Part shown: one piece after another, positions 27,737 through 36,521 of the stretch
Position numbering within the stretch: the stretch's first letter is position 1
How the letters are laid out: each line of letters opens with the position of its first letter
Source: a virus
Lineage: Duplodnaviria; Caudoviricetes
Strand: one strand, 5' to 3'
Virus record (IMG/VR): IMGVR_UViG_3300037150_000108
Span: 1-58,737 of that record
DNA length: 58,737 nt
Program-made: the position numbers and the translations under genes
The notes under the pieces: generated by a model
What the model was told of the DNA's origin: nothing
The model's database searches: none
The model's input: only the letters and a program-made list of their open reading frames with translations

Positions 27737-28113
27737 TGAACCGCAGGGCATTTCTCAAACTCTTTGCAGCAGCCGGGCCGGTGGCAGCGGTGGCGCCGAC
27801 GTACTTCTTTGCGCCAGTGGGTGGGTGGAAGACTCGCACCCCAGCGGGCGATGCGTTTGCTCAATTCCTTGCGCGCATGAACAACACTGATTCCGTCGAG
27901 ACGGCGGCCGGCCGGCAATTCTGGTACATGCACCCGGCGCACAAGCCTCTGATCGACGAACTATTCGAGCCGGTTCCCAAAGAACTGTGGGCACCAGAGT
28001 TGTCGGCAGACTGCATCCAGAAGTGCAACCACCTGATCGGCAAGTATCGAGCCGAATGGATTGCCGAGATGGTACGCGCCGGCAAGAAAGTGCAGCCAAT
28101 CCAATGGATATGA
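27733..28113 (+). CDS. Protein with twin-arginine (Tat)-like N-terminus
   Basis: MMNRRAFLKLFAAAGPVAAVA. Confidence 0.55.
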   Translation: MMNRRAFLKLFAAAGPVAAVAPTYFFAPVGGWKTRTPAGDAFAQFLARMNNTDSVETAAGRQFWYMHPAHKPLIDELFEPVPKELWAPELSADCIQKCNHLIGKYRAEWIAEMVRAGKKVQPIQWI

Positions 28114-28301
28114 TCCCGGTCGACTCCGCAGCAGTCTCAGCCATCGGCTACCAGGGTGGCGTGCTCGGGCTGAAGTGGAACTCAGGCAAGACCAGCTATC
28201 ACCCGGGCGTGCCTGAATCGGTCTACCTCGGCCTGATGCAGGCTGAATCCAAAGGGCGCTTTATCGCCCAGCACATCCGCAAACAGTTCCCCGCAAAATG
28301 A
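28104..28301 (+). CDS. KTSC-domain protein
   Basis: MIPVDSAAVSAIGY...VPESVYLGLMQAESKGRF. Confidence 0.85.
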   Translation: MDMIPVDSAAVSAIGYQGGVLGLKWNSGKTSYHPGVPESVYLGLMQAESKGRFIAQHIRKQFPAK

Positions 28302-28459
28302 TGAAGTTCGACGACTGGGTGGCCAAGGTCAAGACACTGGTGGGCGACGATCTCCCAGATTGCTCGCAGGAGTTGCTGCTTGAGCTTTATCGTTCCGGCA
28401 TGTACCCGGTAAGTGGCTTTGCTTACATCCGGAACTGCCGCCAATGGCCAGTACGGTAA
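28298..28459 (+). CDS. Small hypothetical protein (not in ORF track)
   Basis: ATGA overlap; MMKFDDWVAKVKTLVG... Confidence 0.45.
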   Translation: MMKFDDWVAKVKTLVGDDLPDCSQELLLELYRSGMYPVSGFAYIRNCRQWPVR

Positions 28460-28518
28460 TCTAGACGTGGCCGCTCGGTGTGGGGCCTTCAAGCTGCTCA
28501 GACCAGCAGGAGGCTCCA

Positions 28519-29865
28519 TTGCGAGCACGCGACATCTTTGGATTGTTTGCCGTAGGGATCTTGCTGGCGGCAATGACCGCACAATGCCAAACCACCTACT
28601 CATCCCCGCCTCCGCCCTTCCTGGGCACCGGCTACAGCACATCCACATCTGACTACGTGACTTTCACTCTGACCGCGGCGGGCGGCGCCAGTTTCGCATC
28701 AGCCCCCCCACCCGCAACCCTCTACGGCTACAACACTTTGGCAAGCCTTTACTACCCGATCTGCGTCAACTCGGATGGAAGTCTTTGCGGAGGTGGTTCA
28801 GGCACGGTCACGGCGGTTTCAGTTGCGACAGCTAATGGCATCTCCGGCACGTCTTCGGGGGGCGCAACTCCAGCACTTACGCTTACGCTGGGCGCGATCA
28901 GGCCGACCTCACTCACCACTCCCACGGTCATCCCGACTGGCACAACGGTTGCAGCCCTGCCCTCGAGCGGCAACACGACCTATCAGCAGTACTGGGTGAC
29001 GGATGCGACCAGCCTGACTGATTGCACGGTTGGCAGCAGTAGCGGATACGCCCATGCTTGCCAGTGGAGCGGATCGGCGTGGGTGACAGCTATTCCTGTG
29101 CAGCCTGTGACATTGGGAGGGACCGGACTTGCCACACTGACGGCTCACTCTCTTCAGATCGGCAAAGGAACGAGCAGTCCGAATCAGATGGCTGTCTGTG
29201 GGACAGGGGTTCCCGTTGTTGGTGTGACCGGTGCTGACCCGATTTGTTCGGCAAGCGGAGCATTAGGCACGAACGCTTTCAATAGCACGACAATTCCCGC
29301 CGCCCAAGTAGCGGCGAACTTAGCGTCGTCCGGCGCAACGGGTGTGACAGGGCAGTTGCCGATTGGACAAGTAGGAAGTGCAGGACTATCGGCCTCGGGT
29401 GGTGTTGCGATTGCGTCAACAGGAGCTATTAGCCTTAGCGGGATTCCTGGATCTGCTATGACTAACAACACCGTCACAGCCACTCAGCTTGCCGCACAGT
29501 ATTCCAAAGGCTCCTGCACTGAAGCATGGGGTGGCAGCGGCACGTCTCATGCGCTGACTTCCGGCGATGATGCCGTATCGAACAATACTTGCTATAACGA
29601 TTCAGGCGTGACGCGCACCATCACGGCCGTCAAGTGCCGTAACGACAACGCCTCGAACACCACGACAGTAAACCCCACCTTTGGCAGTGCGGGGACGGGC
29701 ACGACTATCCTGAGCGGCGCTCTGACCTGCGGTAACAGTTACGCCTACTCGTCTACGGGCACGGTGAGCAACGCGAGTTGGACAACCGGCACAGGAATCA
29801 CCCCGGCGATGGCTGGGACGCTCACTGGAACCAGCGTGGCGATGATCGTGGAGTATACGTTCTGA
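28519..29865 (+). CDS. Fibre-like protein with signal peptide
   Basis: SD GGAGG and TTG start; MRARDIFGLFAVGILLAAMTAQC|Q; fibre repeats GSGTVTAVSV, PVTLGGTGLATLT, GVTGQLPI. Confidence 0.65.
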   Translation: MRARDIFGLFAVGILLAAMTAQCQTTYSSPPPPFLGTGYSTSTSDYVTFTLTAAGGASFASAPPPATLYGYNTLASLYYPICVNSDGSLCGGGSGTVTAVSVATANGISGTSSGGATPALTLTLGAIRPTSLTTPTVIPTGTTVAALPSSGNTTYQQYWVTDATSLTDCTVGSSSGYAHACQWSGSAWVTAIPVQPVTLGGTGLATLTAHSLQIGKGTSSPNQMAVCGTGVPVVGVTGADPICSASGALGTNAFNSTTIPAAQVAANLASSGATGVTGQLPIGQVGSAGLSASGGVAIASTGAISLSGIPGSAMTNNTVTATQLAAQYSKGSCTEAWGGSGTSHALTSGDDAVSNNTCYNDSGVTRTITAVKCRNDNASNTTTVNPTFGSAGTGTTILSGALTCGNSYAYSSTGTVSNASWTTGTGITPAMAGTLTGTSVAMIVEYTF

Positions 29866-30611
29866 TGAAGACTCCTATCTCTATCCTCGCGCTCTTGTCG
29901 CTTTGCCTCTGTCTCGGGGCCAAGCAGCAGACCATCAGTGCTTCATTTCCGATTGCGAGCGGTGGCGGCACACCAATCAGCCTCGTGCAACTGAATAGCG
30001 GCTCCTACAATCCACAAACCTGCGCCGCCACTTTCACAAACAACACGGCAGGGCATATCGGCGCTATCGCCGTTGAGTGGAATATTACCAGCGGCACTAA
30101 TGGCATCGCGTCGGTGACTGATACCTCCGGCAATAGCTACACGATAAGTGCTGCATCGGCCTCAAGCTCGGTCAATTCAAATTCGCAGTTCGCTTACACG
30201 ACCGCGCTGCTTGCTCACACAGGCACCAACACCGTCACAATAACAATGAACTCTACAGCTTCAACCTGCGGAGCAACTGCATACGAATTGACGGCGGGCA
30301 GTTTCGATCAGGCAACACACGCAGAGACGACAAATACAGCAACCCCTAATTTCGGTTCCATCACAACGACGCACAACGGTAGCTTCTATATCGCAGCAGG
30401 TACGATTCAAAATGGATTTGGGTTTGCCTCGGGATGGTTCACCGCAAATTCTCCCTTCACGTCGGGTGGTCAGTCGGGAGCAGGTAATTATAGTTCCGCC
30501 GATATGTATTACGCGCAAACAACGGCGGGTGCTGTAACTCCTTCTATGACTAGTAATTATCCCGGTTACACAGGGCCTAACGCTGGTTCTACGATTACCT
30601 TCCATCCATGA
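29865..30611 (+). CDS. Secreted Thr/Ser-rich beta-sandwich protein
   Basis: TGATG overlap; MKTPISILALLSLCLCLGA; SVTDTSGNSYT motif. Confidence 0.6.
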   Translation: MKTPISILALLSLCLCLGAKQQTISASFPIASGGGTPISLVQLNSGSYNPQTCAATFTNNTAGHIGAIAVEWNITSGTNGIASVTDTSGNSYTISAASASSSVNSNSQFAYTTALLAHTGTNTVTITMNSTASTCGATAYELTAGSFDQATHAETTNTATPNFGSITTTHNGSFYIAAGTIQNGFGFASGWFTANSPFTSGGQSGAGNYSSADMYYAQTTAGAVTPSMTSNYPGYTGPNAGSTITFHP

Positions 30612-32173
30612 TAAGAGCCTTGTTCATTTGCGTCCTGCTGACAACTCCCGCGTGGGCGACGACCTATTACGTCAGTTTTACCAATGGGTTGGACTCGCAC
30701 ACAGCGACTCAGGCGCAGTCGAAAACTACGCCGTGGAAGAACGCGCCGGGGATGCAGACCTGTGCGAGTGCTTGCGCCTCGACCACGATCAATGCTGGAG
30801 ATTCGATAATCCTTGAGGGCGGCGATACTTGGCCAAATGCGTCATTTGAATGGGCGCTTCCGTCGAATGGAACGAGTGGAAGCCCGATCTATGTTGGCGT
30901 AGACAAGACATGGTATATCGGCGGATCGTGGACACGACCCATCCTGACTGCTGGTAGTTCCCTAATCACGAACAACAATAACGTGATGATAGCGATGGTC
31001 AATTACACGACGTTCGACAACTTCGAGATCACCGGGTTTTACTGGACGCTGGCATCGTGTTCCGGGCCAGTGAACTGCACGATTATCAATATGGGCCAGG
31101 ATACTGGCCAGACAGTTGAAAATCTGTACGTCCACGGGTGGACTCATGCAGGCACCAATAGCTCATCGAACAACGGAGTTGCAACGGGCATTCTAACCGG
31201 CGCAAGTGGCGGCACAAGCGTTGCCCACGACATCGTGATTGTGGGAACAGACGTGAGCGGAGATCATAGCCTTACTGCCTTCTATGGTGGCCCTCCAACG
31301 GTCTACAACACTTATTGCAAACAGGTGGCGAGTTGCTTCATCACCGGCTCGCAGGCGTTGGTTCATGACAACTACATCGCAGACATTGGCCCTGCCTACT
31401 GCAATACTCCAACCATCACCGGATGCACCCATGAGAACGGATTTGAGGACAACGGCGATCAAGGGCTGCTGTTCTACAACAACGTCATCACCAATGTAAA
31501 CGCAGGTTTGGCCATCTGGATTGCCCCAAATCCTACCTATACAGCTAGTGTCTTCAATAATGTTATCTACGGGGTGCATGATAACCAGGTGCTTGACTTT
31601 GCTCCGCCAGTCTATATTTCCGCGCTGTGCCCGCAAGGAGCGACAGGCAACAACTACTGCCTGGCGGCAGGAAACTACATCGTTGAGAACAACACTGTCC
31701 AGTGTGGCGACGACTCGACGCAGTATGACGGATGCCAATCTGGGGTAGGAATCATCGGCTCAGGCTCGATTGCCAACTCCTTCGTCTACCAGAATAACCA
31801 CTTCATCACCGCGACTACCGCAAGCGGATGCTACTCCGGAACAGGTCACGCAACAAGTTGCACCTTCGCAGCCTCCAATGTGGTCCAGACGCAGACCACA
31901 GCGAACGGGCAAGGTTACACATCATCCCAGACTTTTGCGTTCTATCCGACCAGCGGCGGAAGCACGATTGGCGCGGGTACGAACCTGACGGGCAGTTGGC
32001 CGATTGGAAGCACCAACGATACGACGTACGCTTGCACAGATGCGAGCAACATCGCTACCTGTCCAGCAAGAACGCAGAACCCACGCCCAGCGAGCGGCGT
32101 GTGGGATTCTGGATCCTACAACTATCTGACCAACGTCAACGCAGGCGGATCGTTCTTTGGATTTGGGCAGTGA
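30608..32173 (+). CDS. Secreted parallel beta-helix (pectin-lyase fold) protein
   Basis: MIRALFICVLLTTPAWA|TTYYVS...PWK...AGDSIILEGG; YNNVI/FNNVI repeats; C-terminal WDSGSY. Confidence 0.7.
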   Translation: MIRALFICVLLTTPAWATTYYVSFTNGLDSHTATQAQSKTTPWKNAPGMQTCASACASTTINAGDSIILEGGDTWPNASFEWALPSNGTSGSPIYVGVDKTWYIGGSWTRPILTAGSSLITNNNNVMIAMVNYTTFDNFEITGFYWTLASCSGPVNCTIINMGQDTGQTVENLYVHGWTHAGTNSSSNNGVATGILTGASGGTSVAHDIVIVGTDVSGDHSLTAFYGGPPTVYNTYCKQVASCFITGSQALVHDNYIADIGPAYCNTPTITGCTHENGFEDNGDQGLLFYNNVITNVNAGLAIWIAPNPTYTASVFNNVIYGVHDNQVLDFAPPVYISALCPQGATGNNYCLAAGNYIVENNTVQCGDDSTQYDGCQSGVGIIGSGSIANSFVYQNNHFITATTASGCYSGTGHATSCTFAASNVVQTQTTANGQGYTSSQTFAFYPTSGGSTIGAGTNLTGSWPIGSTNDTTYACTDASNIATCPARTQNPRPASGVWDSGSYNYLTNVNAGGSFFGFGQ

Positions 32174-32189
32174 GTACACTGGGGATGCG

Positions 32190-32543
32190 ATGAATCTACC
32201 GTGGGTAAGCCGCAAGACACTCGAAGCTCATACCCTCCAGGCCGAGTCAGCCCTTGAGGTGCATAAAGTTCTGAGCGCGGCAGCCCTAGAGCGTGCCAAT
32301 CTCGCCGTCGACCTCGCGCAGAACGAACTTGCCGAGGCCAAGGCCGATAATAAGCTCCTGATCGATCGCGTTCTCCAGACGGTTGGGCAGCCTCCACTCT
32401 TCCACCCGCAAGCTATCGCGCCCCAGCTTCAACCTGTCAGCGATCTCCCCGGTCCTGCAACGCGAACGAGTTTCGATGATGTACATAAGGCGTATCACGA
32501 GGCACGACGGTCCGGCACACTCAATCTCATGGCGGATAAATAA
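32190..32543 (+). CDS. Small coiled-coil protein preceding portal
   Basis: TAATG coupling to the portal gene. Confidence 0.55.
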   Translation: MNLPWVSRKTLEAHTLQAESALEVHKVLSAAALERANLAVDLAQNELAEAKADNKLLIDRVLQTVGQPPLFHPQAIAPQLQPVSDLPGPATRTSFDDVHKAYHEARRSGTLNLMADK

Positions 32544-35104
32544 TGGCTGATAGCGTACTCCCGATGCCTCTGCCTCCTTCGGCAGCCTCGCAAGTTGCAG
32601 CAATCTCGCCCGATAATCCGTCGCTTACGCCTCCCAACCACCAGTGGATGCAGCTTGGCCTGTCCGAAGACGACATCAAGGCCACGGTCAAGATCGTCAC
32701 GATGTATCGCAACCAGTGGGGGACTGACCGACTGAAGCGGTCCAAGGCCTGGATGCGCAACGTCCTGTTCTACCGGGGGATCCAGATCATCGACTGGAAC
32801 GAGGACTCGGGCTCGTGGATCGATTCGCTCTCGTGGTACGAGTCTTCCGGCTCGAATAAAGTGAAAGACGGCGAATCGACTGATTTGCAGCGGTTTATCC
32901 ACCCACTGACGCTGCTTCTCGGGCAGACGTTCATTGGCAATATGAGCCGCGAAGTCCCAAAGACAGTCGTCAAACCTGAAGATGCGCGCGTGCTGGCCGA
33001 CAAGACGACGGCGACGGCCGCACAGACGGCAGTGGGGATTATTGAGCGCAGAAACCACATCCGGCAGATGGTGCGTGGTGAGTTCGAGTTCCTGTATCTC
33101 TACGGCACGTACTTCAAGTGGACGCGCGGCGTGCTCGATGGCAACGACTCGGGCTGGGATACGCAGCCGGTTCTGGGCGAGATGAACGTCAATCTGCCTG
33201 ATCGCATGAGGTGCATGGGCTGCGGGACCGAGACGCCGGCAGACCAGCTCTCCCCCGATGAGGACGATGCCTCATCGGTCCCCTGCCCAAATTGCTCCAA
33301 GCCGATGGGTCAGGACTCGTGGCAGGAAGCGCAACAGGGCCCCACACGCCTCGGTGTAGTCGGCATGCAGAAGATTCCGCGGGCGATGGTGAAGCAGACC
33401 ATCCACTCACCGCTTGAGATCGATGCAGACCCGGAAGCCAAGAGCTTGGCTGCCACACCGACGCTCTCCTACGAGTACGAACTCGACATAGGCGAAGCGC
33501 GCATGATGTTCCCCGATGCCTGGGATAAGATCCACGAAGGCGCAGAGTCAACGACTTCCGACAATTCCTCCTACGATCGCCTCAGGCGGAACGAAAGCTA
33601 CGCCATGGGGTCCGGGTACACGACGGACGTCAGCCAGCAGAAGCCCACCTACGGGCAACACTGGGTGCAGCCGGTAGCTTATAACCGCACTGGCGATCCG
33701 GAGTACGCGAAGCGCATGATGGCAGCAGCGCCGGATGGGCTGAAGTTGACCATGATCGGCGGCGAGGTAGTCGGCGTCAAGAAGGCTATCCTCACGAAAG
33801 AATGGACTTTAGGCAGACTGCACGAGAACTTCGGCCTGTACTCGCAGTCGATTGCCGAGAACGTAACCAGCTTCAACGAGCGTTTCAACAACGCCATGTA
33901 CCTGTATGACGACTGGATGATGCGCGCGTCCTGCGGGCTGAACCTGATCGACGCAGCCATGATCGACGCAGATAAGTGGAAAGGCAACACGCTGGCGCCG
34001 GCGACGGTGGTGCCGGTTCCAACCAAGTTCGGCACGCAGAGGAGCCTGGCCGAGGCTTTCCTGCACTACGACATCCCGGTAAACCCAGCTTTGGGCATGT
34101 ATCCAAGCATGTTGCTGAACTTTGCGCAGATGCTGAATGGGCTTCCGGCACAACTGATGGGCAACGGCACGCAACCAGGCGTCGAGACCTTGGGCGGACA
34201 GCAGATTCAGCAGGAAGCCGGCAACACTGGCATCGCTCCATTCTGGGAGAATGTCAAGGACGAGCATGCCGATGCTGCGCAACTGGCGATCGAGTGCCTG
34301 CAGGAGCTTCTGAAGTGTGGGGCCGCACAGGAAATCTTCGAAGTCATCGAGGATGAAGGTTCGCAGTTCCGGTCGAACTACGTGAATCTGCAGAAGATGC
34401 AAGGCAGGGTGAAGGTTGATCCAGACGAGGATCAGGACTTGCCGCAGAGTCCGAGCGAGATTCGCGCAGCCTACCAGTCCCTGATGGAGGAGTTGACCAA
34501 GGGCAATCCGGCCGCACAGGCCATCTTCGATATGCCTGTCAACCAAGAGGTTATTGGGCAAACGCTGTACGGCAAGACGATTGTGACTCCGACCTCGGCA
34601 CAGCGCGCGAAGACGTTGCAGGACATTGCAACCCTCTTGCAGCAGACGGCAGAGCCGGTAATGAATCCGGACGGATCGATTGGTTCGAAGCTTCCTGTAG
34701 AGCCTTCGGTGATGGAGCAATTTCAATATGCCATCCCGACGATCGAGGACTGGTACATCGAGAACGCGGACCAGAGGATCAAGAACCCGCTGGGTTATGG
34801 GCAGGTTGAGGCCTATTGGGAGCAGTGTCTCGAAATGCAGACACAGCGGCAGGCCAAAGATGCCGCTAATAAGCAGAAGGTCACACAGGCCGGTGCGCCC
34901 CCACCCGACGCTCCAAACCCGCAGCAGCAGGCAATGGTGGCCGAGTTGCAGAAGCTCGCTTCGAATATGGTCGATCAGTTGGCGAAGTGGTCAACAATCG
35001 ACCCAATGTTGACGAAGGGGACCATTACAGGGCAGGTGGCTGCGGCAAATGATATTCTCGAAGCGACCTTGGACGCGAATAAACTTCTAGCCGGTGCGAA
35101 ATAG
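32543..35104 (+). CDS. Portal protein (podovirus/P22-like) with Zn-ribbon insertion
   Basis: 853 aa, helical, first large head gene; GVETLGGQQIQQEAG-type motif; Gln/Pro-rich C-terminal tail; inserted CMGC...CPNC. Confidence 0.7.
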   Translation: MADSVLPMPLPPSAASQVAAISPDNPSLTPPNHQWMQLGLSEDDIKATVKIVTMYRNQWGTDRLKRSKAWMRNVLFYRGIQIIDWNEDSGSWIDSLSWYESSGSNKVKDGESTDLQRFIHPLTLLLGQTFIGNMSREVPKTVVKPEDARVLADKTTATAAQTAVGIIERRNHIRQMVRGEFEFLYLYGTYFKWTRGVLDGNDSGWDTQPVLGEMNVNLPDRMRCMGCGTETPADQLSPDEDDASSVPCPNCSKPMGQDSWQEAQQGPTRLGVVGMQKIPRAMVKQTIHSPLEIDADPEAKSLAATPTLSYEYELDIGEARMMFPDAWDKIHEGAESTTSDNSSYDRLRRNESYAMGSGYTTDVSQQKPTYGQHWVQPVAYNRTGDPEYAKRMMAAAPDGLKLTMIGGEVVGVKKAILTKEWTLGRLHENFGLYSQSIAENVTSFNERFNNAMYLYDDWMMRASCGLNLIDAAMIDADKWKGNTLAPATVVPVPTKFGTQRSLAEAFLHYDIPVNPALGMYPSMLLNFAQMLNGLPAQLMGNGTQPGVETLGGQQIQQEAGNTGIAPFWENVKDEHADAAQLAIECLQELLKCGAAQEIFEVIEDEGSQFRSNYVNLQKMQGRVKVDPDEDQDLPQSPSEIRAAYQSLMEELTKGNPAAQAIFDMPVNQEVIGQTLYGKTIVTPTSAQRAKTLQDIATLLQQTAEPVMNPDGSIGSKLPVEPSVMEQFQYAIPTIEDWYIENADQRIKNPLGYGQVEAYWEQCLEMQTQRQAKDAANKQKVTQAGAPPPDAPNPQQQAMVAELQKLASNMVDQLAKWSTIDPMLTKGTITGQVAAANDILEATLDANKLLAGAK

Positions 35105-35113
35105 GAGAACTTC

Positions 35114-36139
35114 ATGCAGATGGACGATATCAAGCAAGGCGACCGCGTAACCTACGCGATTGGCGATGTGGAGTACGACGCAGTTGCGCTTGGCTCAGTG
35201 ACGACAGGCTACAACCGTGCGATTCGTGCTGGCGGCGCCTTCCTGACCCTGCGCTACCTGAATGAGCAAGGCACCCCGGTAACCGTCAACGGAGCTGCGC
35301 TGTTGGGCACCGAGAACACCGACACCAGCGCGCCGCGGACAACGGGCTGGCATGCACGGCTTGCGGATCCAGAGAAGCGGCCTGAGCCTCAGCCGGTGCA
35401 GGACGCACCGACGCATGAGTTTGCGCAGCCGGCGCGTGAAGCTCCTCCAGCTACCCTGGGCGTCGGTCCAACGATTGAGGCGCCAGCCGATGACACGTCG
35501 CACGTTATGGACCCGGACTCGCTTGCGTTCAACGATGGCTCGCCCATTGTTCCTGATGAGACGCCGGTTGACGACGGACAGGGAAAGCCAGATCCGACCT
35601 ACGAGACAAAGACTTACGCGGACGGCACAACTGCCACCGGCATAGCACCTTTGCCCGACCTATCGCCCGCCGAGCAAGATGCAGCGCAGGCCGCTCCCGG
35701 TGATCCAGCGGCACAAAACTCGGCTCTGCCTTCCGCCGAGGACTTGGATGCAGTCGCGGCCGAGCAGCAAGTAGTGACCCGCGTTTCTAACGATGCCGTG
35801 AAAGAGCCTGTCTTCAGTCCTGATGCAGTGCCTTACGTATGGCATCCTGAAATGTCGCAATCGGGACGTGATCCCGGCAAGGACGATTCCCCAGCCGCAG
35901 CGGACCTCGCAGAAGCTCAAGCCAAGTCGCAGGCGGAGATTGAGGCGGCGGATGCTGGCAAAGCGCCTGCGATCAGCATTGCCGTTGACGAGATTCCCGG
36001 CACAGTCGAGACGGAATCCGGCCCTGAAGTAGTCAGCCAGCATGACCCCGCCGAGCTTTCAGAGCTTGAGCGTCTCAGCGCAGGTGGGACGCCGGACCCA
36101 GAGAACGCCATCGATCAATTGGTCGAAGGCGTTGAGTAG
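35114..36139 (+). CDS. Acidic Ala/Pro-rich protein with small N-terminal globular domain; may extend to 36205
   Basis: SD AGGAG; low-complexity D/E/A/P; in-frame continuation after TAG. Confidence 0.6.
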   Translation: MQMDDIKQGDRVTYAIGDVEYDAVALGSVTTGYNRAIRAGGAFLTLRYLNEQGTPVTVNGAALLGTENTDTSAPRTTGWHARLADPEKRPEPQPVQDAPTHEFAQPAREAPPATLGVGPTIEAPADDTSHVMDPDSLAFNDGSPIVPDETPVDDGQGKPDPTYETKTYADGTTATGIAPLPDLSPAEQDAAQAAPGDPAAQNSALPSAEDLDAVAAEQQVVTRVSNDAVKEPVFSPDAVPYVWHPEMSQSGRDPGKDDSPAAADLAEAQAKSQAEIEAADAGKAPAISIAVDEIPGTVETESGPEVVSQHDPAELSELERLSAGGTPDPENAIDQLVEGVE

Positions 36140-36211
36140 AACTCCGCAGAGCCAGCCGCAGAAACCCCCGCACCAGAGGAAGCCGCCGCCGAACCGACCG
36201 CCTAACCCGAC

Positions 36212-36240
36212 GCAGCCCATTCGATATGGGTGGGCTGCGC
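36212..36240 (+). terminator. GC-rich hairpin without clear U tract
   Basis: GCAGCCCA...TGGGCTGC. Confidence 0.35.
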
Positions 36241-36291
36241 TACACTGATTCATCCGCAAGACCCGGAGAAATGCAATGAATCGATGGGTAT

Positions 36292-36462
36292 ATGCGATGT
36301 GCTCACTGTGGTAAGGATGTGGACCCGATGGAAGCAACCCGGATGGCAAATGTGTGGAGACAGTTGCTGAGTACCGTGGCTGAGAAGGTGCTGTGTACAT
36401 TGTGCCTTCAGTACGCTCTGGATAGATTCGCGCAACATGAAGATGGTGGGGTGAGCCACTGA
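36292..36462 (+). CDS. Small Zn-finger protein (56 aa, not in ORF track)
   Basis: MRCAHCGKDVD...VLCTLCLQY. Confidence 0.45.
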   Translation: MRCAHCGKDVDPMEATRMANVWRQLLSTVAEKVLCTLCLQYALDRFAQHEDGGVSH

Positions 36463-36521
36463 TGGTCATTCCCATTCAGACCTGGCAAGCAGCAAAGTCC
36501 CCGTAGGCAAGGAGTAAGACA

